Source: Eledone cirrhosa
Lineage: Eukaryota
Assembly (NCBI GenBank): GCA_964016885.1
Contig: OZ024741.1
Coordinates: forward strand, 40,362,001-40,426,000
Length of the DNA: 64,000 nt
Reading direction: 5' to 3'
The notes beneath the pieces were generated by a model that saw only the letters and a program-made list of their open reading frames with translations, searched no databases and was not told where the DNA came from. Positions 43,407 to 55,860 of the stretch are shown here, one piece after another. Made by a program: the position numbers and the translations under genes. The number at the start of each line of letters is the position of its first letter. Position 1 is the stretch's first letter.

Positions 43407-43413
<7 letters not shown>
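41981..43413 (+). mobile_element. PLE-type family D, largest copy: ~490-bp inverted arms (41981-42471 / 42864-43349) plus a ~63-nt tail
   Basis: The arms are visible as near-identical ORFs on opposite strands (42048+ and 42847-43281 -); (TA)n on both sides. Confidence 0.92.
43238..43275 (+). ncRNA. Hammerhead variant with a U3-A8 core (mirror copy 42054-42091 on minus)
   Basis: CCTT / TTGAAAA / GCAG-AAGAA-CTGC / GAAA / CCGG / TA / AAGG. Confidence 0.8.
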
Positions 43414-43476
<63 letters not shown>

Positions 43477-43705
43477 ATATATATATATATAAATATACAT
43501 TCATAAATTCATATTCATATATAGATATAAATAAAGACGCTTGTATATGTATATGTATGTGAAAAATTATAAGTATATATATATATATAAAATAGGAACG
43601 AGTAGGACCCCGACGGCTGAGCTCAAGCCGTTTCGACGGCTAATATATATATATATATAAAATATATATATAAATATATACCTATCTGTGTGTGTGTGTG
43701 TGTTT

Positions 43706-43777
<72 letters not shown>

Positions 43778-43808
43778 ATTTCTGTGTGTGTGTGTGTGGG
43801 CACGTGTT

Positions 43809-43863
<55 letters not shown>

Positions 43864-44316
43864 ATTTCTGTGTGTGTGTGTGTGTATGTGTATGTATGTG
43901 TGTGTGTGTAATTTATAAATGTACCCATAACTAGTAACGCTTACATAGGGTTAACAGCTAATAAATTCAGGGAGAATTTATACATTTATCCGGAAATCCT
44001 TTAAAAAGTAATATGACTTCACTTTTGGTTATATCTGGAGTTTAAAAGACAAAACATTCGATATAGGTTACACTGGGAGATCCTAGCTAAAGCTATATAT
44101 AGCCTATAACGGTAATAAATGACCTTGTGACTTTTGTATTACTGAAGCCTTCAACATACTTTACGCTCACGATTGTATGTTAAACAAAATCTCTAAGGCA
44201 ATTTTGGCTTGTAAACACAAAACATATAAAGCATTTCTTATATCGTAGCCCAACAGTGTATACTAATATACGGATGATATGCAGATGATATATTTGGTGT
44301 AAAATTATGTCACCAA

Positions 44317-44762
44317 TGTGGTAGAGAATAGTATATTTAGAGAGTTGTAATGTCGCCACGAGGAACCAGGTTTGGTAGAAAGATATGATAGGAATATCGA
44401 CAACGACTTTAGCTTGGTTTTACATTATTTATTAACAGAGGTTGAGCTGGCATGCCAAGAGAAATAAAACAAATCAATTAAGATTACAAGAGAAAATACG
44501 GTCGACTGGCTGAGGCGTTTAGCCAATTCCGTAGTAAAATTGTTGTGTCATTACATATTGTTTGTGCTGGCGGAGCAAAAGAACAAGTGGTGTTTACCTT
44601 AGCACGGTCTAGCTGGAAGTGATAGCGTCCTCAAATCTTTGCGGGCTATTTCGCCCTCAGAACGCGTAGAGATACATCCTCTTCTACTGGCGCTGATTGT
44701 CTGAGCTGAGCCAAATCACGCACAGAGAATGTATGTGAGCCCGCGGAATGTAGGTCACTACA
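44317..44762 (-). mobile_element. Possible solo LTR
   Basis: Begins TGTGGT and ends ACTACA, 446 bp, AATAAA on the minus strand near 44428; no TSD found. Confidence 0.3.
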
Positions 44763-44818
44763 TATACGTCATGATGCCGTAGCTAAGAACTACCGGGCTT
44801 TATACTCAATTTTATATA

Positions 44819-45262
44819 TCTTCTTCTTCTTCTTCTTCTTCTTCTTCTTCTTCTTCTTCTTCTTCTTTGCCCACTTATTCCTGAAAGAGTTGTGAAGCAG
44901 AGTCCTCAAACACTCCCTCTAGCGGGTCCTGTCAGAAGCAACCGTCTCCAACTGATCCGGCTGGATCCCCAAGCGAGACCAGCCAAGCTCATGGATGTTA
45001 TCCAAACATCCTGCTCGTGGTCTACCCCAGGGTCTCTTGTCGGTTGGTTTTTCCCATAAAATCTGTCCAGCGATTATTTCCTGAGACATTCTAACCACTT
45101 GTCCATAGTATAAAAGCTGTGATCTCTCAATTCGGAGGAGTAGCGACTCCACCTGGAGTGACACTCTGATCTCCGAGCTGCGCACTCTATCGAGTAATGT
45201 TACTTCAAAGACCCTTCGGGGAGGCCCATTTCGCTCCCTTGTATTCGCAATCGTATTCTGTG
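44819..45262 (-). mobile_element. RTE-clade LINE 3' end (Expander/Rex3-like) with (GAA)n tail
   Basis: VRSSEIR..LQVESLLLRIERSQL..YGQVVRM..KRPWGRPR..LGWSRLGI; (TTC)n at 44819-44866. Confidence 0.88.
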
Positions 45263-45277
45263 TCTGTGTGTGTATAA

Positions 45278-45375
45278 AAGGTAAAATGCGAAGTGGTAGA
45301 TATTAGAGTGTTATATTAATTGAGCCGTTATAATGACTCAATTAGTAAAATAATCTACAACTTCGCATTTTCCTC
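45278..45375. repeat. Imperfect fold-back followed by a ~85-nt tail into (TA)n (probably another PLE-type insertion)
   Basis: AAAATGCGAAGTGGTAGAT..TAATTGAG / CTCAATTA..ATCTACAACTTCGCATTTT. Confidence 0.6.
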
Positions 45376-45457
45376 ATGATAAATATACTCCGTCATCCTA
45401 ATTTTAAAGAAGTAATATGACGTTGAGTGCTTGAAGTGAATTGCATCCTTTTCTACC

Positions 45458-45497
<40 letters not shown>

Positions 45498-45897
45498 GCA
45501 ATTGAACCCATATTTTCCAGTTACCATTTTAAACATTAAGCTAAGGATCCATGACTAATCCCCTCTCGTCATTTTCACAAGATAACTAGCGTTCAGCCGG
45601 TATCTGGAAGATACAGGGTCCAATTCCTCATAGCCACCGATGACAACTATTTTTTCCGTCTTTTAAAAGTCTTCACCCTATTTTATAAGCCATCTTTATA
45701 ACACTTCTGCGCTTGAGCACTTTCTTTATATATTTATATATATATATATTCTCAGGGTTTCAAAAGCCAAAATTTCGGCTTCGTGCATTATATATATATA
45801 TATAACGAAGGAAATGTGGTAAGGAACCAGGTGGACCATAACGCACCAAAGTACTCAATACTTAGGGTAGTAGAGTGGGTAATAGGAACCAGTAGGT

Positions 45898-45970
<73 letters not shown>

Positions 45971-45976
<6 letters not shown>

Positions 45977-46675
45977 AAGTTTGTCCTCATCAGTGGCCTT
46001 CCAACCGTCGTAGGCATTTCGTCGCAGCGCCGCAGCTCCATAATTATCATATTTACACATATATTTTTTCCTCCGCTGCCACCAGTCTGTTTCGTTCTTT
46101 GTGTCTTTACCCTTTCTAGCAGTCTCTCTCTCTCTGTTAGCTTCTTCCTCACCTTTCACTCACTCACTCTCTGTCACTACCTCTCCTCCTCCCCTTTCTT
46201 CCCGTTTGACCTGTCCGTAATCCTTTTCTCGCGGGCACTTGGCCAAGCCGGTATGAATTTTTTTTCTCTCTCTCTCGTCTGCGACTTCACAGAACTTATG
46301 TTTACCGAATTCGCAGACCAGACCCCTTCTTCTTCCCGTTAGACTTGTGCGAAATTCCTTCCTTGCTCACATTTCAACCAGGTTTGATGGTCTTTATTCT
46401 CTCGTTCACGATTCCACCGAATTTATATTCATAGAAATCTGGGACTTCTTTCTTTCTTCTTCATCACTTTCTGTTGCTTAAACCATTTTGTTTGTTTACC
46501 CTAGCGTCCCCTTTATTTACGTGTCCCAACAACTTTTTTTAGCCGTTGCTCGCACCAACCTGAGGTATATGGCCTTTAATGCGACGAAATGCCTACGACG
46601 GTTGGAAGGCCACTGATGAGGACAAACTTTTTCATATGTAACCCATTTGCAGCGCCGCAGCTCCATTATTATCAT
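45971..46675 (+). mobile_element. Non-coding retrozyme/PLE-like insertion in (TA)n: inverted piece + 625-nt unit with a ~27-nt terminal direct repeat
   Basis: 45971-46026 is the inverse of 46580-46635; GCAGCGCCGCAGCTCCAT(A/T)ATTATCAT at 46024 and 46649. Confidence 0.85.
46563..46651 (+). ncRNA. Candidate non-circularly permuted hammerhead ribozyme
   Basis: Stem III AGGTAT(46563)/ATGCCT(46589), AUA site, stem I TGGCCTT(46570)/AAGGCCA(46606), GAAA at 46586, CTGATGA at 46613; stem II uncertain. Confidence 0.55.
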
Positions 46676-47129
46676 ATATATATATATATATATTCATTGA
46701 TCAAATTAATCTAGGTAGAGTTGTTAATTTTGAGGATCTTGCAATATATTTCTAGCTTCCCTTTTGCCATATAGCCTTTAAAACCATAGCGATTTATTTT
46801 AATGCTAAATCACATGGTTTTTATAATATTGCATTTTTGTTGTTGTTGTTTGTGTTGTTGTTGTTGGGGGAGGGGCTGAGAGGTTCGTCGTTGACTTGAC
46901 CTTGAATATCAACTCAAAATAATTCATTTGAATTTTCTTGAAAAAGCTTTATGCTTTACGGGTTCCTTGCTGATGAGTTTTGACTGTTTTAATGGTTTAC
47001 TAATTAACCATTTTAATTGTATTAATTCATGTTTTTTAGTCATAATGAAACCACAGTCTAAGCATTTTGAAAGCAAACTGTGTTTTTCATTAAATGTATT
47101 CTTCACTTGCTATGTTCTTAATATACTAA

Positions 47130-47362
47130 GACACTATGAAGTTTGTTTTGAAACAGCGAGCGAGTTTGAAATAGAAATTAGAAGCTTTCGCCGTATTTTT
47201 GACTTAAGAAATTTTAGCCTGATAGTGGGGTTTACAACCCTCTAAGAAATGGAAAAAGATGAGTATTGACGTAATACTCATCTTTTTCCATTTCTTAGAG
47301 AGTTCTAAACCCCACTATCAGGCTAAAATTACTTTAGTCTTAAAATACGGCGGAAGCTTCTA
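47130..47362. mobile_element. Family G fold-back element, ~90-bp arms (47179-47267 / 47273-47362)
   Basis: Centre GAGTATT-GACGT-AATACTC; second copy at 48581-48762. Confidence 0.8.
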
Positions 47363-47501
47363 TTTAATACACTATGTATTATTATACCTAGGTATAATTT
47401 GTATAAATAAAACTGTAAAATATGTGTTTAGCCTTTATAAACATTGAGCTGTTTATGGTGTAATATGATGGGAATGTTTTTATTTTGATCTGATCTATTT
47501 C

Positions 47502-47867
<366 letters not shown>

Positions 47868-47868
47868 G

Positions 47869-47900
<32 letters not shown>

Positions 47901-47925
47901 ATAGCCGATGGTGTGTATAAATATG

Positions 47926-47958
<33 letters not shown>

Positions 47959-47971
47959 ATATGTACATATG

Positions 47972-48030
<59 letters not shown>

Positions 48031-48034
<4 letters not shown>

Positions 48035-48200
48035 ACTCTTTAGTGTCATTGGTAACATGTAACCCAGTACAACCTGTCTCATTGTCGGGTTGTCGGCGAC
48101 TAAACCGGCAACCCCACCTAGTTTACATGGTGGGGAGGGTGATTTTTAGACAAAGGACGGAAGAACTCCTATCCCAAAATGTGTAAATATGTATATACAT
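48031..48200 (+). mobile_element. Repeat related to 38815, containing an HDV-like ribozyme candidate (48051-48108)
   Basis: GGTAAC/GTTGTC, CCAGT/ACCGG, ACAA/TTGT, GG, then GACTAA; the geometry is imperfect. Confidence 0.45.
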
Positions 48201-48209
48201 CTATGCATG

Positions 48210-48271
<62 letters not shown>

Positions 48272-48448
48272 AATATATATATATATATTTAAATATTTAG
48301 CTCTGTAACTTACATAGAGCACTCTTCATTCCTCTGACTTTTTCAATTTTCAACGGAAACTTCAATACTTATATATATATACAAAATATAAAACAATCAA
48401 ATTTTAGTTTAATACATTTAATTGCTGACAATTGTTTTTCTTACTGGT

Positions 48449-48511
48449 AATTATAAATATGGAGGGTAGTACTAAACACTAGCTTAGTACTACCCTCCAT
48501 ATTTATAATTA
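48449..48511. repeat. Hairpin with ~28-bp perfect arms and an 8-nt loop
   Basis: AATTATAAATATGGAGGGTAGTACTAA-ACACTAGC-TTAGTACTACCCTCCATATTTATAATT. Confidence 0.9.
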
Positions 48512-48545
48512 TATACAACTCATATATAAGTATAAATATTATTAT

Positions 48546-48580
<35 letters not shown>

Positions 48581-48584
<4 letters not shown>

Positions 48585-48762
48585 TTAGAAATGTAAGCTA
48601 TCGCCGTATTTTGACTAAGGAAATTAAAGAAATTATTTAGCCTGATAGTGGGTTTAAGAACCCTCGGAGAAATGGAAAAAGATGAGTATTGACGTACATG
48701 TACGTCAATACTCATCTTATAATTTCAAACCCACTCGCTGTTTCGAAAATATTCTTACTTGA
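48581..48762. mobile_element. Family G copy in (TA)n with a 40-bp perfect palindrome (48679-48718) and an inverted tail
   Basis: AAGATGAGTATTGACGTACA|TGTACGTCAATACTCATCTT; CTCGCTGTTTC is the inverse of about 47150-47160. Confidence 0.8.
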
Positions 48763-48775
48763 TATATATATAGGT

Positions 48776-48969
48776 TTTAATATAGATGAAATTCTACAGG
48801 ACTAGAACTGTTTCATTCTTTAGAAATCATCAGATTCCTGATGATTTCTAAAGAATGAAACAGTTCTAGTCCTGTAGAATCTCATCTATATTAAACATTT
48901 TATACTCTGCTATGTATTGAGTACCCTACTTACTGTGGTTACCTCCGATTCAACCCGGAATAACTTACC
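48776..48969 (+). mobile_element. PLE-type family I fold-back (58-bp arms, 4-nt spacer) with an HHR-like core and a ~74-nt tail
   Basis: Arms 48776-48833 / 48838-48895; CTGATGA(48838)-T-TTCT-AA-AGAA-T-GAAA-CAG-TTC. Confidence 0.82.
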
Positions 48970-49201
48970 TATATATATATATATATATATATAATTATTA
49001 TTACGAGGCCATAAGAAGAATCCACGTTTCATTGGTTAGGCGGACAAAATGTTCTACCTGTGCCCGAGGAAAGAAAACAAAAACACACACACGCATACAT
49101 ATATATATTCGTGTGTGTGTGTGTGCATTTATATGTATGTATATATATGTGTATGTGTCTGTGTATTTATATGTATGTATGTACGTGTTTATATATATAT
49201 A

Positions 49202-49525
49202 TTAGAAAATGAGGGTTTTTTTCCAAAATGAAAAAAAAACGAGATGTCTTACACGAGTGAATGTATAAGGAAAAAAGATGAAATCGAAAATGCAACTGGT
49301 GTCTTTTTTTTTTTTAAATATATTTATTTGGTTCCTTTACCGGTTTCGCAGTTCTTGTGCGTTTCAAAAGTAGAATTGAGATGGAGGGTTTGTGGTTTTT
49401 CTCAAAACTACAAACCCTCCATCTCAATTCTACCTTTGAAAGGCATAAGAACTGCGAAACCGGTAAAGGAACCAAATAAATATTCTTAAAAAGACTCCAG
49501 TTGCATTTTCGATTTCATCTTTTTT

Positions 49526-49529
<4 letters not shown>
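49202..49529. mobile_element. PLE-type family D fold-back copy with two HHR motifs (49334-49370 minus, 49433-49469 plus)
   Basis: Inverted arms meet at about 49400; the left arm is longer by the family tail. Confidence 0.88.
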
Positions 49530-49564
<35 letters not shown>

Positions 49565-49567
<3 letters not shown>

Positions 49568-50861
49568 GGTGTGGACGATATTTGTTCGTAATTTTCAACT
49601 GCTAATTTTATGCAAATTCTTTTTACTTCCGTTGTCACTCTTGTCTTCATAAAAGCACTGACTATATTTACATTATTTATTTTCAGAATAATTGATTATG
49701 AATAATTTTGAACTTCCAAATTTGTGGAAGAGACACGGAGTTCTTTTGGGAATCCGCACCGGGAGGACAAATAAGGAAATTTCAGACTTTCTAAGCGTCA
49801 GCAGGAGAATGGTGGAAAAGGTCAGAAAGGAATTGAAAGATTCTGGATTCGACTACGAAGCAACATCAGAGAGGAAAACATATGATCGACGATCTGACAC
49901 CTTCAGAACGCCCGAGTTCGTCGCTGAAGTTCAGGATATTATCAACAATGAACCTAGCAAGTCATAGCGTGCCATTGCAAGGGAGAAAGGCGTGGATGAA
50001 AAGCTCATTAGGCTGGTGGTACATGAAGACATTCGCTACGTTTCATACAAGATGAGGAAAGGACAATTTCTGTCAAAGGCGATACAAGAAAAGCGACTGA
50101 AGCACGCAAGGGAGCTGATCAAGTTGAAACACCCACTGAAGCCAGACATGCTGTGGTTTTTCTCCGACGAGAAAAACTTCTGCCAAGACAAGAAGATCAA
50201 CTCCCAGAACAACAGGTAGCTCGCTGTCTCATCCAAAGACGTGCCCAGAGTCATGCAGACAAAGTTTCCAGCGACAACATTGGTCTTAGGTGTCGTCAGC
50301 AGTCAAGGTGACGTCATGTCACCTGACTTCTTCCCCGAGGGCTTCAAGCTGAACACCGATGGCTACATCCGCGTTCTGAGCGAGGTAGTAAAGCCCTGGA
50401 TCGACCAGGTAGCTGCAGGTAGGCTGTACGTGTGGCAGCAAGACTCAGCGCCCTGCCATACCAGCTGAAAGACCCAAGCCTGGCTGTCAGAGAACTTCGT
50501 CGACCACACTTCACATTACATCTGGCCTCCCAGCTCAACTGACTGCAATCCCTCGACTTCTTTGTGTGGGGCGCAGTGGAACGAGACACCAACAGATCTA
50601 GCTGCAATACGAAAGATGATCTGAAGGCCAGGATCACAAGTGCCTAAGTCGGGGGACAGTGATGAAGGCCTGTATCCGGTTCCGAGGCCGCGTTGAGGCC
50701 GTCATCAAAGCCAATTGCGGGTTTATCGAGTGAGATCGAAAGAACAAGTCATGAAGACAAACTGACCCAAGTTTGATAAATATATCTTAACAAATAAAAC
50801 TACTGTGTTATTTTTTCCTAGACAGTAATCTTGCGAACAAATATCGTCCGCACCCACCCTG
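49565..50861 (+). mobile_element. Full-length Tc1/mariner transposon, DD37D (maT) type
   Basis: TIRs CAGGGTGTGGACGATATTTGTTCG / CGAACAAATATCGTCCGCACCCACCCTG, flanked by TA, about 1.3 kb. Confidence 0.95.
49698..50733 (+). pseudogene. DD37D transposase with stops and frameshifts
   Basis: HTH-like N-terminus, WFFSDEKNF, WQQDSAPCH, WPPSSTDCNP(L)DFFVWG; 37 residues between the 2nd and 3rd Asp after correcting a 1-nt deletion. Confidence 0.92.
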
Positions 50862-50875
50862 TATATGTATGTATG

Positions 50876-50925
<50 letters not shown>

Positions 50926-51241
50926 AATTTTCATCAATTTCCCGCTCCTTTGTTTACTTCGTTTGTATTGTTTTGATGGCTGTGTGTTGTGTATTGTTAT
51001 ATATGCAATGTCTCGTTTGAAGGTCGTATAGTGCTTCTGCTAGCTTGCATCCCTGTTTACTGCATCATACACAGCTAATGAAGTGAACAAACAAACGACA
51101 TATATAAGAGAGAAAAAAGAAACCTCATCAGCGAGACAATCTAGATATTTCCTTACGCTTCTATAGTCAATCAAAATATTCCTAACGATCGTATCGTAAA
51201 CGCCAAAAAAAAAGTGAAATGATTATCATTGTAGTAGTTGA

Positions 51242-51320
<79 letters not shown>

Positions 51321-51512
51321 ATGTGGACCAGTGATGGAGGCAACATCACCATTTGTTTCTTTATGCAAGATCAAATCTCAGCAAAAAATCGTTAAATATA
51401 TTATATATATATATATATGTTTATTTGTGTTGTGTGTTTATATGCATATAAATATATACATGTGTGTGCGTGTATATATATATATATATATATATGCATA
51501 TAAATAAACATG

Positions 51513-51578
<66 letters not shown>

Positions 51579-51661
51579 CATATATTAATATGTATATTAA
51601 TATGTATATAGAATATATATATATATATATATATATTAATACATATTTTAATATGTATATA

Positions 51662-51711
<50 letters not shown>

Positions 51712-51973
51712 TTTCTATTATATTATATTATATTATATATATATATACATACATATATTATATTATATTATATTATATATGTATATACATATACATAATT
51801 TATATATATATAAATGTTCATCCATTTATATATATATAATATATAAATGTTCATCCATTTCCCATTTCTTTGTTTACGTATACATATATATAATTTATAT
51901 ACATATAAATATACATGTTACATGTGTGTATATGTGTGTAAGTGTGTGTGTGCGTGTGTGTGTATATGTGTGT

Positions 51974-52061
<88 letters not shown>

Positions 52062-52259
52062 CTGTACACACGCCCATTTTAATTCCTCAATCATAACTTG
52101 ACGTAGTCAATAGGTTTGGGAGATGTACCCTTCCTCCCCACCCTGTATCCCTATAGTTATTAAAAATACAAGAAAATTATATAAATTGGAAAAAGTAAAG
52201 GAAAAAAGCACAAGAAGGGAACATAAAACAACGACATCCCTGACATAAAGAAGGGTAAC

Positions 52260-52640
52260 AACATCACCTACAATACCAGGAACAACATCAACGACAACAA
52301 CAACAACAACAACATTAATAACAACAACAACAACAACAATAGTAACAACAACAACAACAACAGTAATAATAACGACAGTAATATCGATAACAACAACATC
52401 ATTACCGACACAGACAGTAATACGAATATTACCGACGATTTCAACAACAACAACAACAAAACCTATAACAGCAATAACAACAACAACAGCAACAACAACA
52501 GCAACAGCAATACCGACATCGACAAAAACACGAACAACAATAACAACGATATCAGGAACAACAACAACAACAAGCAGGACAAAACCGGGAATAATTGGAT
52601 CAACAACAACAACAACAACAACAACAACGATAATAATAGG
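52260..52640. repeat. Degenerate (AAC)n tract
   Basis: Directly visible. Confidence 0.9.
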
Positions 52641-52821
52641 CAGAAGAAGACAATTGGTGGGGGGGGGGTGACATAACGATAGTCATGGTTAAGTGAAGCA
52701 GCCCAAGTGGAAATTAAGTGAAACGGAAAATCTGCTGAGACACTCATTACGTGGCAAATTGTTGTGTAGTGTAGTGTGTGTTGGCTTTTATACCTCATAA
52801 ATATATATATATATATATATA

Positions 52822-52942
<121 letters not shown>

Positions 52943-52971
52943 TGTATATGTGTACACACACACATACAGAC

Positions 52972-53003
<32 letters not shown>

Positions 53004-53054
53004 ATATATGGATAGTTAGAGTCAGGTGAGTTGATAGATAGGTTGTCAGCTAAC

Positions 53055-53101
<47 letters not shown>

Positions 53102-53135
53102 TATATATATATAGATAGATATATATAGATATATA

Positions 53136-53210
<75 letters not shown>

Positions 53211-53240
53211 GAGAGAGAGATAGGGGAGAGAGAGAGAGAT

Positions 53241-53539
53241 CTTTATTTGCCACAAGGGCGTACAAGACGTGTAAAATTCGTATAAACATTTATAAATAAC
53301 ATTTATAAATAACAATAAACTATCTATAAAATAAAATAATCGAAATCCCCAATATGGGGGGGGGGCGTTACTGCGTAGTTGTCTTACACCCCGTAGATAG
53401 AACAACCTTCAACACCAGGAGCAAGTTTTGTAGGTGTTCCCGTCTTCCCTCTTTTTATCTTCCTCAACCTCAGCCATCTTCGCCACATTCACCCACCTTT
53501 CAGAAAATTTACTGGGGTGTAGTACATCTCTCTCTCTCT

Positions 53540-53592
<53 letters not shown>

Positions 53593-53657
53593 TTCTCCAC
53601 TCTCACCTTCCTTCTGAAGTGGTACTTAAAGAAGGGGATGTATTATTGTCCGGAAAG
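53241..53657 (-). mobile_element. Tx1-like LINE 3' fragment, related to 37230-37770
   Basis: FSERWVNVAKMA versus FYERWVKVARMA; the 3' end GTGGCAAATAAAG runs into (TC)n; internal (CT)n expansion at 53527-53592. Confidence 0.8.
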
Positions 53658-53689
53658 TATTCGCGGCCGATACAACAAACACTGTTCTA

Positions 53690-54597
53690 CTCCCTATATG
53701 GCTACATGGAATATTCGTACATTATTGGACCTAAAATAGGCTAAAAAGCCTAACGGTCGTACTGCTATGGCAGTTCTTGATCTCAAACGATAAAATATTT
53801 ACATTGCCAATCCATGTGTGTGTGACAGCTCACACCTATGCAGGTTTAGCTGGCCTCCTCCAAGGTATATCTCGTTGTAGGTGTCTGGGGTGTTTTAATG
53901 ATATGGACCCCAGTCCCTATCGTCCCATTTCTACAGCTGAATAAACTTGAGCAACGTGAAATAAAGTGTCTTGCTCAAGGAAACAACACATCACCCGGTC
54001 CGAGAATTGAACTCACAACCTTTCGATTGCAAGCCCAATGCTCTAACCACTAAGCCATGCGCCTTCACAATCCATGGGAAACTCGTATATCTGGTGAAGG
54101 ACAATTCACAGAATCCCCAGCTTGCTACATTTCCTTCTGGAAAGCCTACCTGGAAATCCAACTCTGCAGTCACTATATAGTGGTCGTGATGAAGACATCT
54201 TTTGTGAAGTATCTTCTGCAGGCCCTGCAGGGTCACTTAGAAAGTCTAAGATCCGTGTCATGTTGAGGAAGGGAAAGCTCTTGTTTTTGTTTATTATTTT
54301 TACCTATGCTCTTATTCTCAAAAGTCCTGAAGAAACCAAAGACATGTTATAGGCAACAGGGTTGCTTACAGCGTTCACACTGAGGACGAGCTCATAATTC
54401 TCTGTGATTTAAACATAAACGTGTGTAAAGACTAGCATTTGCAAAGTGTTGTTAACGGTAATCGTTTTGGAAATCATAACTCCAGTGGACTATGACTCCT
54501 GCAGTTTTGTGCCAACTCGTCACTGGACATAGCTAATAGTGTCTCTTGACACAAGGTCTCCTGGCAGCATCCGCGCTCTTGTCACTAGCACCTTATT
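53690..54597 (+). pseudogene. Decayed RTE (BovB-like) AP-endonuclease domain
   Basis: MATWNIRTLLD, RTA, NIYIA, ETRISGEGQ, TYA..SPEETKD, ELIILCDLN, LLQFC, SWQHPRS; many stops. Confidence 0.8.
53817..54067 (-). mobile_element. tRNA-derived SINE S3 inserted in the RTE fragment
   Basis: A box TGGCTTAGTGG, B box GAGTTCAATTC, (CA)n tail; 9-bp TSD CAATCCATG at 53808 and 54068. Confidence 0.92.
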
Positions 54598-54930
54598 GGC
54601 TGGCAGTATCGGTAGAGCGTTAGACACCATGCTTTGCGGCATAGAGTTAAGACACCTTTACGTGTTAAAATCCGGTCGAGGTTAACTTTGCTTCCATCCT
54701 TACGGGGTCGATAAAATAAAGTACCAGTAATGCACTGTGTAATTGCTGGCCTTGTGCCAAAAGTAGAAACAATAATTACTGGAGAGCGGTGGATTGGCAG
54801 TATTGGTAGAGCATCGAACACCCTGCTTCGTGGCATAGAGTTACAACCCTTTATGATCTGCGACCAAATCCCGCCGGGGTCGATAAAATAAAGCACCAGT
54901 GATTCACTGGTTTCGATTTAATCGACTCTC
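54594..54930 (+). mobile_element. Two tandem SINE S1 copies (54594-54775 and 54785-54930)
   Basis: TGGCAGTAT(C/T)GGTAGAGC heads and GGGGTCGATAAAATAAAG(T/C)ACCAGT cores. Confidence 0.9.
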
Positions 54931-54935
54931 CCCTG

Positions 54936-55037
54936 GATGTTGTTGTTGATGATGTTGTTATTCGCGTGGTTGATGTTGTTATTGTTATTGTTCCGACTGT
55001 TGTCGTTGTTGGTGGTGGAGCTGTTGTTGTTGTTGCT

Positions 55038-55068
<31 letters not shown>

Positions 55069-55387
55069 TTGTTGCTGTTGGTGTTGTTGTTGTTGATGTT
55101 GTTTTTGATGGTGTTGCTGTTGTTGTTGTTGATGTTGTTGTTGTTGCTACTGTTGTTGTTGTTGTTGTTGTTGCTGTTGTTGTTGTTGATGCTGTTGTTG
55201 TTGCTGTTATTATTGTTATTGTTGCTGCTGTTGGTATTGTTGATGATGATATTGCTGTTGTTGTTGTTGTTGATTTTGTTGTTGATTTTGTTGTTGTTGT
55301 TGTTGATGTTGTTGTTATTGTTGTTGATGTTGTTGTTGTTGATGCTATTGTTGTTGCTGTTATTATTGTTATTGTTGTTACTGTTGG

Positions 55388-55455
<68 letters not shown>

Positions 55456-55496
55456 CTGTTATTGTTGTTATTGTTGTTATTGTTGTTTATGCTGTT

Positions 55497-55541
<45 letters not shown>

Positions 55542-55585
55542 GCTGTTATTATTGTTATTGTTGTTGATGTTGTTGCTGTTGTTAT
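54936..55585. repeat. (GTT)n-based tract
   Basis: Directly visible. Confidence 0.95.
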
Positions 55586-55793
55586 AAATCTTTATAACAT
55601 CAAAATTTACGAAAGAAAAATAACTCCAGCCATCAAACGAAGAAATATCAATCTCCCCCTCTTTCTATCATGTTAACGTTCTTTCTTTCTTTTTCTCATA
55701 TATCGCTTCCTCTGTCACAACCTCTCTTTCTCTTTTCATTCCTCTGCCTTGTCCCTCTCTCTCTCCCACTCTCTACCTCTTCTCTTTCTCTTT

Positions 55794-55860
<67 letters not shown>

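Noticed and set aside
50466-50468. In-frame TGA in the transposase as selenocysteine or readthrough
   Set aside because: The same ORF also has TAG stops and frameshifts; ordinary decay.
54000-54067. tRNA gene (also the SINE heads at 20800-20862, 32290-32374 and about 45585-45630)
   Set aside because: A/B boxes are present but there is no full cloverleaf or acceptor stem, and they continue into SINE bodies, some with TSDs.
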